The position numbers and the translations under genes were made by a program. DNA of 64,000 bases from contig CM035352.1 of NCBI GenBank assembly GCA_020137815.1, forward strand, positions 7,564,001 to 7,628,000, written 5' to 3'. This document shows positions 51,374-62,764 of the stretch, in pieces. The stretch's first letter is position 1. Every line of letters begins with the position of its first letter. The notes under the pieces are model-generated. The model ran no database searches. It saw nothing but the letters and a program-made list of their open reading frames with translations, and was not told where the DNA came from. The stretch is from Hormiphora californensis (lineage: Eukaryota; Animalia; Ctenophora).

Positions 51374-51946
51374 ATACAGCTGCAGGGGTCCTTTATATGA
51401 ATATAACTATAAGAAAAGATAGTTTTTATGAATAGGTTAACTCACCATTTCTCCTCTTTTTTGGGTCGTCTTTGTTTTTAGTAGTGTGAAGTTAGTAGCT
51501 GCAACCTTTTCCATAGTTTATTGTTTCCATCCTATCTAATCAATATAGAAATGGAGTGATATATTGTTGTAAAAACGAGTGTTTTGTGTGTTAATTAATT
51601 GTGTGCAAATGTAGAGATTTGGATTAAAATATAACTCTGTGTTAAGCTTTTGTTAAAACTAGTATTAATAGGTATATTTCTACACACACTCAATTCTTCA
51701 AAACATATGTTCAAAAACAAAACGAAAAAAACACGAGGTTAAAACATGACGTATTACAGTGAGGATGGTTTGAGTAAGAAAAAAAAGAGAGATCACACAG
51801 TGACACAAGTTTTAGCGAAAAAGTGGCGTGTGTGTTCCATCAGTAGGAAACACTCCTCTAGCAACAGTTGCTATGAAACACTCCCCTAGCAACAGTTGCT
51901 ATGGAACACTCCTCCAGGAACAACACTTCTCCAGCGATTCCACTCT

Positions 51947-54900
51947 CTAGTACTGGTGGTTAGCGATGAAGAGACTGTCTCCAGCACTGGCTCCCTCGAT
52001 CTCACCGTGGTACTTGCCCAGACATGCCATGTGGTTAGCATAGGCCCTCTTTCGCAGCTCGTTCTGTGCAGCGGCCACATTTTCAGGTTTTCCCTGCCAT
52101 GCCTTCAGGACACTAGCCTGGAGAGCTCGTCCGTAGGAGAAAGAGAGGGCCCAGGGTTTGCGAGCTGAGGAAGGGAGAAATATGTGAGTGGGTGAATTGG
52201 AAGAGTACTGAAAGTGAGATCAAGAGATAGTTAGGGGCGGGAAGCCGAATATCGGCTATGAATGGGAAAATCAATGCAACAATCTGATTTCTTCACCAAT
52301 GTGTCCCCAATGGTGTCCTTTATCACCAAAAAAAAGTGTAACATCCGGCTCGGAGTGGAACATGCTCAAAATTTAGAAAAACCATATGGGCGTGGTCGAG
52401 CGTGGGAAATTTTTTTACCATCAACCTAAATGGAAAAACGAGGGCACTAGAATGTGCAGAATCATCGCATTAGTGGGGGTAGGTGCCGGAATTAAGTCTC
52501 TATCTCATCCGGTTAATTAGATAATTGGATAATTAGGTTTGCGCATAATTTTCCTTTGGTTATATGGCTATAGCCACTTAGGAAAGGAGTAGAGACAAAA
52601 CCGAGGGCACTAAAATGATCAGCGTCCTCGAATTAATGGGGGTAGGTGCTGGAATTAAGTCTCTATCTCATTCGGGTAATTAGATAATTGGATAATTAGG
52701 TTTGCGCATAACCGTTTTTTGGCTATATATGGCTATAGTCACTTAGGAATGGTTTAGAGACTTTTCATTGGTGCCATTTTGTAGGTAATGGTCAAGTTAT
52801 GGGGGGTCGACGTCGGACTATTAAGCTCTATCTTCAACCGTTTAGCCGTTATTTGACTTTAAAGGTGCTCAAAATGAGCGAAAAACGGTAAAAAGCCCGA
52901 TTTTGAGCACCTTTAAAGTCAAATAACGGCTAAACGGTTGAAGATAGAGCTTAAAAGTCCGACGTCGACCCCCCATAACTTGACCATTGCCTACAAAATG
53001 GCGCCAATGAAAAGTCTCTAAACCATTCCTAAGTGGCTATAGCCATATAGCCAAAAAACGGTTATGCGCAAACCTAATTATCCTATTATCTAATTACCCG
53101 AATGAGATAGAGACTTAATTCCAGCACCTACCCCAACTAATTCGAGGACGCTGATCATTTTAGTGCCCTCGGTTTTGTCTCTACTCCTTTCCTAAGTGGC
53201 TATAGCCATATAACCAAAGGAAAATTATGCACAAACCTAATTATCCAATTATCTAATTAACCGGATGAGATAGAGACTTAATTCCGGCACCTACCCCCAC
53301 TAATGCGATGATTCTGCACATTCTAGTGCCCTCGTTTTTCCATTTAGGTTGATGGTAAAAAAAATCCCACGCTCGACCACGCCCATATGGTTTTTCTAAA
53401 TTTTGAGCATGCTCCACTCCGAGCCGGATGTTACACTTTTTTTTGGTGATAAAGGACACCATTGGGGACACATTGGTGAAGAAATCAGCTTGTTGCATTG
53501 ATTTTCCCATTCAGGCTGGTCTAGCCCCTAACTAAGATATATTGGGCTGATTGATAGTTCTATTTCAATTTCGTCCGAAAGAGATTAGAGATAGACTCAC
53601 CCTTATCACCGAAGTTGTTGATGGCATTAAGGTTCTGGGATGCAGCCTCCTCACTCTGTCCTCCAGAGAGGAAAGTGATTCCCACAACAGCAGGAGGGAC
53701 AGTCCTGGAGAGAGCTGAAATGGGGTATTGAGTTAGTGCTGTTCAGTTGTAGTAGCCTGCTACTAAAATCAACAAGTTAGCGGGGATGATGGGGGGATGA
53801 AGTATTCAGTGATGGATGGGGAACTTTGCTGACCGATTTGATTTAGACTGATAAAGTTTCACTAAACACAGGATATCAACAGATCTGATAACCCAGCAAT
53901 ATCAGATAACACCCCCCCCCCCTCAGATATCTAGTTAGGGGCGGGAAGCCGAATATCGGCTATGAATGGGAAAATCAATGCAACAATCTGATTTCTTCAC
54001 CAATGTGTCCCCAATGGTGTCCTTTATCACCAAAAAAAAGTGTAACATCCGGCTCGGAGTGGAACATGCTCAAAATTTAGAAAAACCATATGGGCGTGGT
54101 CGAGCGTGGGAAATTTTTTTACCATCAACCTAAATGGAAAAACGAGGGCACTAGAATGTGCAGAATCATCGCATTAGTGGGGGTAGGTGCCGGAATTAAG
54201 TCTCTATCTCATCCGGTTAATTAGATAATTGGATAATTAGGTTTGCGCATAATTTTCCTTTGGTTATATGGCTATAGCCACTTAGGAAAGGAGTAGAGAC
54301 AAAACCGAGGGCACTAAAATGATCAGCGTCCTCGAATTAATGGGGGTAGGTGCTGGAATTAAGTCTCTATCTCATTCGGGTAATTAGATAATTGGATAAT
54401 TAGGTTTGCGCATAACCGTTTTTTGGCTATATATGGCTATAGTCACTTAGGAATGGTTTAGAGACTTTTCATTGGTGCCATTTTGTAGGTAATGGTCAAG
54501 TTATGGGGGGTCGACGTCGGACTATTAAGCTCTATCTTCAACCGTTTAGCCGTTATTTGACTTTAAAGGTGCTCAAAATGAGCGAAAAACGGTAAAAAGC
54601 CCGATTTTGAGCACCTTTAAAGTCAAATAACGGCTAAACGGTTGAAGATAGAGCTTAAAAGTCCGACGTCGACCCCCCATAACTTGACCATTGCCTACAA
54701 AATGGCGCCAATGAAAAGTCTCTAAACCATTCCTAAGTGGCTATAGCCATATAGCCAAAAAACGGTTATGCGCAAACCTAATTATCCTATTATCTAATTA
54801 CCCGAATGAGATAGAGACTTAATTCCAGCACCTACCCCAACTAATTCGAGGACGCTGATCATTTTAGTGCCCTCGGTTTTGTCTCTACTCCTTTCCTAAG

Positions 54901-57900
54901 TGGCTATAGCCATATAACCAAAGGAAAATTATGCACAAACCTAATTATCCAATTATCTAATTAACCGGATGAGATAGAGACTTAATTCCGGCACCTACCC
55001 CCACTAATGCGATGATTCTGCACATTCTAGTGCCCTCGTTTTTCCATTTAGGTTGATGGTAAAAAAAATCCCACGCTCGACCACGCCCATATGGTTTTTC
55101 TAAATTTTGAGCATGCTCCACTCCGAGCCGGATGTTACACTTTTTTTTGGTGATAAAGGACACCATTGGGGACACATTGGTGAAGAAATCAGCTTGTTGC
55201 ATTGATTTTCCCATTCAGGCTGGTCTAGCCCCTAACTAATCAGGTTTTATCCGATGATAGATGAGGTGACAAGATGGACCAGTCCCGCTTCGTGCTGCTA
55301 ACAATATCTACTCTCGTAGCGCGCCCAGAGCCCCGACCCCGCGCGCGCTGCCAAGTCCCGAATCTCTAATTTCTCGATCACTCTCCCAGTCTCTCAGCGA
55401 TCGTGATGTGTGGGAATGTTCTAGCATGCTTGATGAGATTGAATGGCTAGTGGCCACAATAAATGAACGCAGGTGGCTCCTTTTTCAGAAAATAATGCAC
55501 TACAAACTCGATAAATACAGGGAAACATCTCACGCTATAAACATCAGTTGTTGTTCTAACATGATTTGTGTTCGTTCAGATCACGTTCACGATAAATAAA
55601 CAGTATCACTACCAGGCCCATTTTAATTTCACACCAACTTCCTTCTTGTATCAAGTCATATGGCCCAAATCACATCTGTGTACACACTAACAATATCAGA
55701 GTGCTAGCTGTTGGCCCAAATCGCACACACACACACTCTCTAGTCTCTCTCTCTCTCCCTGTCTCCCATATCAGAGCACTGCTGTTTAGAGGATATATGG
55801 TGGCGGGGGAGGGGGGAGGATGGGGAACCTAAATCTTGTTTAGTCGGCAAATATGATTTGCATTAATTCATTTAGTGCTCCCTCTTACATCCCTCCTTGC
55901 CTAGCTCCCTCGTACATCGTATTATCCCTCCTTTCCTACCCTAGCTCCATCTCTAACCCCTTTATCCACCCCTTTACAACCCCATCTCGCCTTTCTAACC
56001 CCTTTATATCCACCCCTGCACACTACCCTCCACCTGTCTTTTAATATTGTTCGGTAATAAAGAGAAATGACTTGCTTGGAAAGCAAGATGTGTGTGTAGC
56101 CTATCAAATTCTAACTAATCTCCCCCCCCCCCCCCCCCCGTGTGTATTGTGGTGGGGAAGGAAGTGCATAATATTATATGAGTCGAGATTCCAGAACTTT
56201 CTACACACTGAGTCCACAGAAAAGAAGGAATAATTTACACTCCCCCATCGCGATGCATCGTTTCTATCTCTTTCTCTCTCTCTCTCTTTCTTTCTCTCTC
56301 TCTCTCTGTCTCTCTGCCTCCTTCTAGAAGAATAAATTTCGGTTGCTATGTACAGAGCGGACAGAGCCGACAGAGAGCCTCTTGATATGCATTCACTCCC
56401 CACTCATTACATATGCAAAGCAGCAGCTGTCAGCTAGTACAGTCAGCTACTCACAGCTAGGCTCTCTCCAAGAAAGCAACTAGCAATCGTATACAATGGT
56501 GAATGAGATATGATTATATGGTCTCCCAAGATAGAAGAAAGTGGTATCCCGTCTCCTACCGCCCGGAGAGAGAACTGATAAGGTTGGACTGTTATAGAAC
56601 TGCCGGTTTGCTAGCCTAGCCAGGTGTGATTCTTGGTGAACCTGCCCAACACAACAACTACAACCCCACCACTACCACTACCACCCTATATTATCTACGT
56701 ACCAAATGGCAAATATTGCTACAATTACCATTTACCACCTTTTAATAATCTACTTACCAGTAACAGTAGCACAGGCGACCTGTTCAGGGGTTGCCTTCAC
56801 TGGACACTGCATACCAGGAGTCACCATATTGGGCTTTAGAAGGGATCCCTCTAGGTAGAGGTTGTGATCAAGACACGCCTGGGAAGGGGAGGATTAGAGA
56901 TTAGTAAGGGATCCCTCTAGGTAGAGGTTGTGATCCAGACATGCCTGGGAAGGGGAGGATTAGAGATTAGTAAGGGATCCCTCTAGATATAGGTTGTGAT
57001 CCAGACATGCCTGGGAAGGGGAGGATTAGAGATTAGTAAGGGATCCCTCTAGGTAGAGGTTGTGATCAAGACACGCCTGGGAAGGGGAGGATTAGAGATT
57101 AGTAAGGGATCCCTCTAGGTAGAGGTTGTGGTCCAGACACGCCTGGGTTAGGGAGGATTAGAGATTAGTAAGGGATCCCTCTAGGTAGAGGTTGTGATCC
57201 AGACACGCCTGGGAAGGGGAGGATTAGAGATTAGTAAGGGATCCCTCTAGGTAGAGGTTGTGATCAAGACACGCCTGGGAAGGGGAGGATTAGAGATTAG
57301 TAAGGGATCCCTCTAGGTAGAGGTTGTGATCAAGACACGCCTGGGAAGGGGAGGATTAGAGATTAGTAAGGGATCCCTCTAGGTAGAGGTTGTGATCCAG
57401 ACACGCCTGGGAAGGGGAGGATTAGAGATTAGTAAGGGATCCCTCTAGGTAGAGGTTGTGATCAAGACACGCCTGGGAAGGGGAGGATTAGAGATTAGTA
57501 AGGGATCCCTCTAGGTAGAGGTTGTGGTCCAGACATGCCTGGGGGAAGGGGGAGGATTAGAGATTAGTAAGGGATCCCTCTAGGTATAGGTTGTGGTCCA
57601 GACACGCCTGGGAAGGGGAGGATTAGAGATTAGTAAGGGATCCCTCTAGGTACAGGTTGTGGTCCAGACACGCCTGGGAAGGGGAGGATTAGAGATTAGT
57701 AAGGGATCCCTCTAGGTAGAGGTTGTGATCCAGACATGCCTGGGAAGGGGAGGATTAGAGATTAGTAAGGGATCCCTCTAGATATAGGTTGTGATCCAGA
57801 CATGCCTGGGAAGGGGAGGATTAGAGATTAGTAAGGGATCCCTCTAGGTAGAGGTTGTGATCAAGACACGCCTGGGAAGGGGAGGATTAGAGATTAGTAA

Positions 57901-60900
57901 GGGATCCCTCTAGGTAGAGGTTGTGGTCCAGACACGCCTGGGTTAGGGAGGATTAGAGATTAGTAAGGGATCCCTCTAGGTAGAGGTTGTGATCCAGACA
58001 CGCCTGGGAAGGGGAGGATTAGAGATTAGTAAGGGATCCCTCTAGGTAGAGGTTGTGATCAAGACACGCCTGGGAAGGGGAGGATTAGAGATTAGTAAGG
58101 GATCCCTCTAGGTAGAGGTTGTGATCAAGACACGCCTGGGAAGGGGAGGATTAGAGATTAGTAAGGGATCCCTCTAGGTAGAGGTTGTGATCCAGACACG
58201 CCTGGGAAGGGGAGGATTAGAGATTAGTAAGGGATCCCTCTAGGTAGAGGTTGTGATCAAGACACGCCTGGGAAGGGGAGGATTAGAGATTAGTAAGGGA
58301 TCCCTCTAGGTAGAGGTTGTGGTCCAGACATGCCTGGGGGAAGGGGGAGGATTAGAGATTAGTAAGGGATCCCTCTAGGTATAGGTTGTGGTCCAGACAC
58401 GCCTGGGAAGGGGAGGATTAGAGATTAGTAAGGGATCCCTCTAGGTACAGGTTGTGGTCCAGACACGCCTGGGAAGGGGAGGATTAGAGATTAGTAAGGG
58501 ATCCCTCTAGGTAGAGGTTGTGGTCCAGACACGCCTGGGAAGGGGAGGATTAGAGATTAGTAAGGGATCCCTCTAGATATAGGTTGTGGTCCAGACATGC
58601 CTGGGAAGGGGAGGATTAGAGATTAGTAAGGGATCCCTCTAGGTACAGGTTGTGGTCCAGACATGCCTGGGAAGGGGAGGATTAGAGATTAGTAAGGGAT
58701 CCCTCTAGGTACAGGTTGTGATCCAGACACGCCTGGGAAGGGGAGGATTAGAGATTAGTAAGGGATCCCTCTAGGTAGAGGTTGTGGTCCAGACATGCCT
58801 GGGGGAAGGGGGAGGATTAGAGCTTAGTAAGAGATCCCTCTAGGTAGAGGTTGTGATCAAGACACGCCTGGGAAGGGGAGGATTAGAGATTAGTAAGGGA
58901 TCCCTCTAGGTACAGGTTGTGGTCCAGACACGCCTGGGAAGGGGAGGATTAGAGATTAGTAAGGGATCCCTCTAGATATAGGTTGTGGTCCAGACACGCC
59001 TGGAGAGGATTAGAGATTAGTAAGGGATCCCTCTAGGTACAGGTTGTGATCCAGACACGCCTGGGAAGGGGAGGATTAGAGATTAGTAAGGGATCCCTCT
59101 AGGTAGAGGTTGTGGTCCAGACACGCCTGGGAAGGGGAGGATTAGAGATTAGTAAGGGATCCCTCTAGGTATAGGTTGTGGTCCAGACATGCCTGGGAAG
59201 GGGAGGATTAGAGATTAGTAAGGGATCCCTCTAGGTAGAGGTTGTGGTCCAGACATGCCTGGGAAGGGGAGGATTAGAGATTAGTAAGGGATCCCTCTAG
59301 GTATAGGTTGTGGTCCAGACACGCCTGGGAAGGGGGAGGATTAGAGATTAGTAAGGGATCCCTCTAGATATAGGTTGTGATCCAGACATGCCTGGGAAGG
59401 GGAGGATTAGAGATTAGTAAGGGATCCCTCTAGGTACAGGTTGTGGTCCAGACATTCCTGGGAAGGGGAGGATTAGAGATTAGTAAGGGATCCCTCTAGG
59501 TACAGGTTGTGGTCCAGACATGCCTGGGAAGGGGAGGATTAGAGATTAGTAAGGGATCCCTCTAGGTAGAGGTTGTGGTCCAGACACGCCTGGGAAGGGG
59601 AGGATTAGAGATTAGTAAGGGATCCCTCTAGATATAGGTTGTGATCCAGACACGCCTGGGAAGGGGAGGATTAGATATTAGTAAGGGATCCCTCTAGGTA
59701 TAGGTTGTGGTCCAGACATGCCTGGGAAGGGGAGGATTAGAGATTAGTAAGGGATCCTTCTAGATATAGGTTATTATGGTCCAGACACGCCTGGGTTAGG
59801 GAGGATAATGACTCACTCACATAACCTAACCACTAATTATAAAGATATGTTTTAACTAATTAGTTGTAAATTGTAATTAGCTGCCAGGCACCCACTAATT
59901 AATTTCCACACACCTTGTAAACAGCAGCAAAGACCCTCTCAGAGACCTCCTGGCACCGTTCCAAGGTATGGGTCCCATCACACAGGACCTCAGGCTCTAC
60001 AATTGGAACAAGTCCGTTCTGTTGGCAGATGGTAGCGTACCTGGCCAGAGTGTAGGCATTCTCTTGGATAGCCAGCTCTGGAGGGGGAGGGAAGGGGGTT
60101 ATTTCAAATTTATTCTGGAAAGCAAGATAGGTGTTTTTTGTAGCTTTTAAAGTTCTAACTAATCTCCCCCCCCTGTGTGTTGTGGCAACTAAGGAAGCCG
60201 AAGAAAGTGCTATGCACGCGTCAAGATTCCAGAACTTTCCAAAGAGCACTGCATAAAAACATTTAGTGGAGCAGGAGTTTTTAAATTCTTTGGGGGAGGC
60301 CGGAGGGCTAAATATAGGAACTTTTAACCTCAATAACTCTATATCTAAACCCACACATACCAGATGGACCGTAGTCGGAGATCTTCAGGACAGCCCTCCA
60401 CTTAGCAAACTGAGCCCCACCTGCCTTGTACTTAGCACATCTCTCACCCAGTCCGTCAATACCCTGGGAAACACAAGATAAACTAGTAGAGTCGATAACT
60501 ACATCGACCTCTCCCAATTGTTCCAGTTTTTGTCACATCTGTTTGGAGCCTCGACACGACCTCTAAACAGGTGTTACTTTTTCACAAACTGTTTTCATCT
60601 TGGTGCATGTAATCAGCAGTTGAAATGTTGTTAATCATAACAAAAACCTAACTATTTTTTTTCAACTTGGGGTAAAACCATGGGTGTCAAAAGTTAGCTC
60701 TAGGTCCCCTGAGTAACCATCCGGAGACTCTAAGAGATATTTCAAGCCGTTCTCCCGTAATCATTAATCCCGGTGGAGAAAAAAATACAATGCGGACGTA
60801 CGTGAGCGCTGGCAGGCTGTTTACATGTTATTGTATGTCACAAATAAAAACAAGGAAGTTTAGTTCAACAGTTTACACATGTTTCAATACAAAATTGTAT

Positions 60901-62367
60901 TTCATCAGTTCTGATGAAATACAATTTTGTATTGAAACATGTGTAAACTGTTGAACTAAACTTCCTTGTTTTTATTTGTAAACAGCTCCTCCTGGTGAGT
61001 AGAGCACTATCCGAGGCAAGGACAATCAGCTATAGTTATTGTATGTCTCTCACTCTCTCTGGAAAAACCGCACGTGCGGTTGCGCCGCGCGAGATAACTC
61101 TTTCTCAAGGGGGAGAAAAGAGAGAGACGCACATTAACGTTATACATTAAAGTTGAGGTTGTAGGCAATTGCACGTACGTCCATACTCAAATATGTGCTC
61201 TACCGGGATTAATGATTACAGGAGAACGGCTTGAAATATCTCTTAGAGTCTCCGGATGGTTACTCAGGGGACCTAGAGCTAACTTTTGACACCCATGGTT
61301 TTACCCCAAGTTGAAAAAAAAATAGTTAGGTTTTTGTTATGATTAACAACATTTCAACTGCTGCTTACACCAAGATGAAAACAGTTTGTGAAAAAGTAAC
61401 ACCTGTTTAGAGGTCGTGTCGAGGCTCCAAACAGATGTGACAAAAACTGGAACAATTGGGAGAGGTCGATGTAGTTATCGACTCTACTAAACAACGAATA
61501 TGCATTATATAGTGGTTACTATAGTATTTTATTGGGTTGAACTATTTTGGGTGATACACTTATCACTTATAAAATAGTGGTTACTAGTAGGTACTAAATT
61601 AGTAAGTAAAGAATCCTAAAGAATAACACTTTGTTTCTTTCTTACCTGGGTGACGGTCTCTCCATCAGTACCAGGGAGGGGTACAACACCCTTATCGACC
61701 TTGATACCTGGTAGGGGAGATAGTTTTTAGGAGGCGGTTGTGATTTAGATGATATTTCCCCTCCAGAGGAGAGAATACACCACTGTGGCATGGTTGTACT
61801 TTTTTCACAAAAAAGAGAGGGAAAGAGAGAGGAAGAAAGAGAGATAGATTTAAAGACAAATCATGTCACCTGGGATGATATTGTGCTCCTGAAGGATCTG
61901 AACGAGGGGTGTCCCATCAGCTCCCTTCTGGAAGAGTGTCTCCTCAAAGAGGATGCATCCCCCGATGTAGTTCCCAATACCTGCCTCTTTGTCCAGAGAG
62001 AAGAGAAGCTCACGGTAGTCCCGCCTGTTGGTCTGAAGTGATGGGGGCGATTAGAAAAAGGAGGGTATCTTTCGGTCTAGTGATAGGATGTGATTAGAGA
62101 TAGGATTTGTACAAACGATATGATATTGATCTTATTCAGTAGCAAGTTGGGGGCGAAACTCTTAGAACGAATGGTTTGAGTGAGAAAGGTACAAAGGGGA
62201 GGTTCACCACTTACCTCGTTATTTTCAACACCAATACCAGCAAATCGTTTTCCGATTGTTCCAGTGCTCTCATCGGCAGCTAGGATACCCTTTCCATTGT
62301 CCACAATCGCATGAGCGATCTGCCTTAGTTCATCCTGTTGTTCCTTGGTTAGAGCAGCGGGTGCCAT
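51947..62367 (-). CDS. ALDO: Fructose-bisphosphate aldolase, class I
   Basis: Exons 62367-62215, 62032-61870, 61707-61646, 60463-60361, 60077-59914, 56878-56758, 53714-53601, 52164-51947, all GT-AG and in phase. Motifs: [31 protein letters not shown], Schiff-base [30 protein letters not shown]-terminal SLFIANHQY*. Confidence 0.97.
52228..53534. mobile_element. 1307-bp non-autonomous foldback element, Academ-like (TAG termini, 3-bp TSD), copy 1
   Basis: AGA|tagttaggggc ... gcccctaacta|AGA. Near-perfect arms of about 620 bp with a loop of about 25 bp near 52878-52900. Confidence 0.82.
53932..55238. mobile_element. 1307-bp Academ-like foldback element, copy 2
   Basis: ATC|tagttaggggc ... gcccctaacta|ATC. 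Appears identical to copy 1 but has a different TSD. Confidence 0.82.
56840..59810 (-). repeat. 66-bp tandem array with ~45 copies of the aldolase exon-6 acceptor plus first 13 codons
   Basis: Minus-strand unit actaatctctaatcctccccttcccag|GCGTGTCTGGATCACAACCTCTACCTAGAGGGATCCCTT. It fills almost the whole of intron 5. Confidence 0.95.
60484..61489. mobile_element. 1006-bp Academ-like non-autonomous element (second family)
   Basis: AAC|tagtagagtcgataac ... gttatcgactctacta|AAC. TIRs of about 290 bp and an internal perfect palindrome at 60840-60979. Confidence 0.82.
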
Positions 62368-62470
62368 GGTAACCTAGTTGAGAGTTAGGGTCATGGTTAC
62401 CTTGTTGGGATTTAGAGTCATGGTTAATGGGAGAGACATGGTTACCTAGTTAGATTTAGAGTCATGGTTA
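62364..62470 (-). repeat. Degenerate repeats of the acceptor plus ATG just upstream of the aldolase start
   Basis: ag|gt(t/a)accATG three times, plus further taaccATG partial copies. Confidence 0.7.
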
Positions 62471-62764
62471 ACAACCGGGGGGGGGGGGGGGGGGGTCTAG
62501 TACAAGGGGGGAAGAGGTGTTTGTCGAGGTAGCTGAAGACAACACAAGCTGAGAAGAGGATGGGAGAACAAGAGGCGGGTTTTTAGTAAAAGGAGCTTTA
62601 AAAAAGGTAGGCGTATATTTACAGATCAGGACATTTAAAAAACACTGATAATTTAACACACACCAGTCACTATAAATATATGAGCTATGTCATCTGGACC
62701 GTTAATAAATTAAGGGGGTTACCCGTTGTGCGAGAAAGTCTGAACACATCACGAAGGTTAGTCC

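Noticed and set aside
53253-55214. Identical 85-aa ORFs suggesting a gene duplication or misassembly
   Set aside because: They lie within the two foldback copies, which have distinct TSDs and flanks.
47661-59810. CRISPR-like appearance of the 32-bp and 66-bp arrays
   Set aside because: No unique spacers or cas genes; eukaryotic intron context; the units are exon-junction copies.
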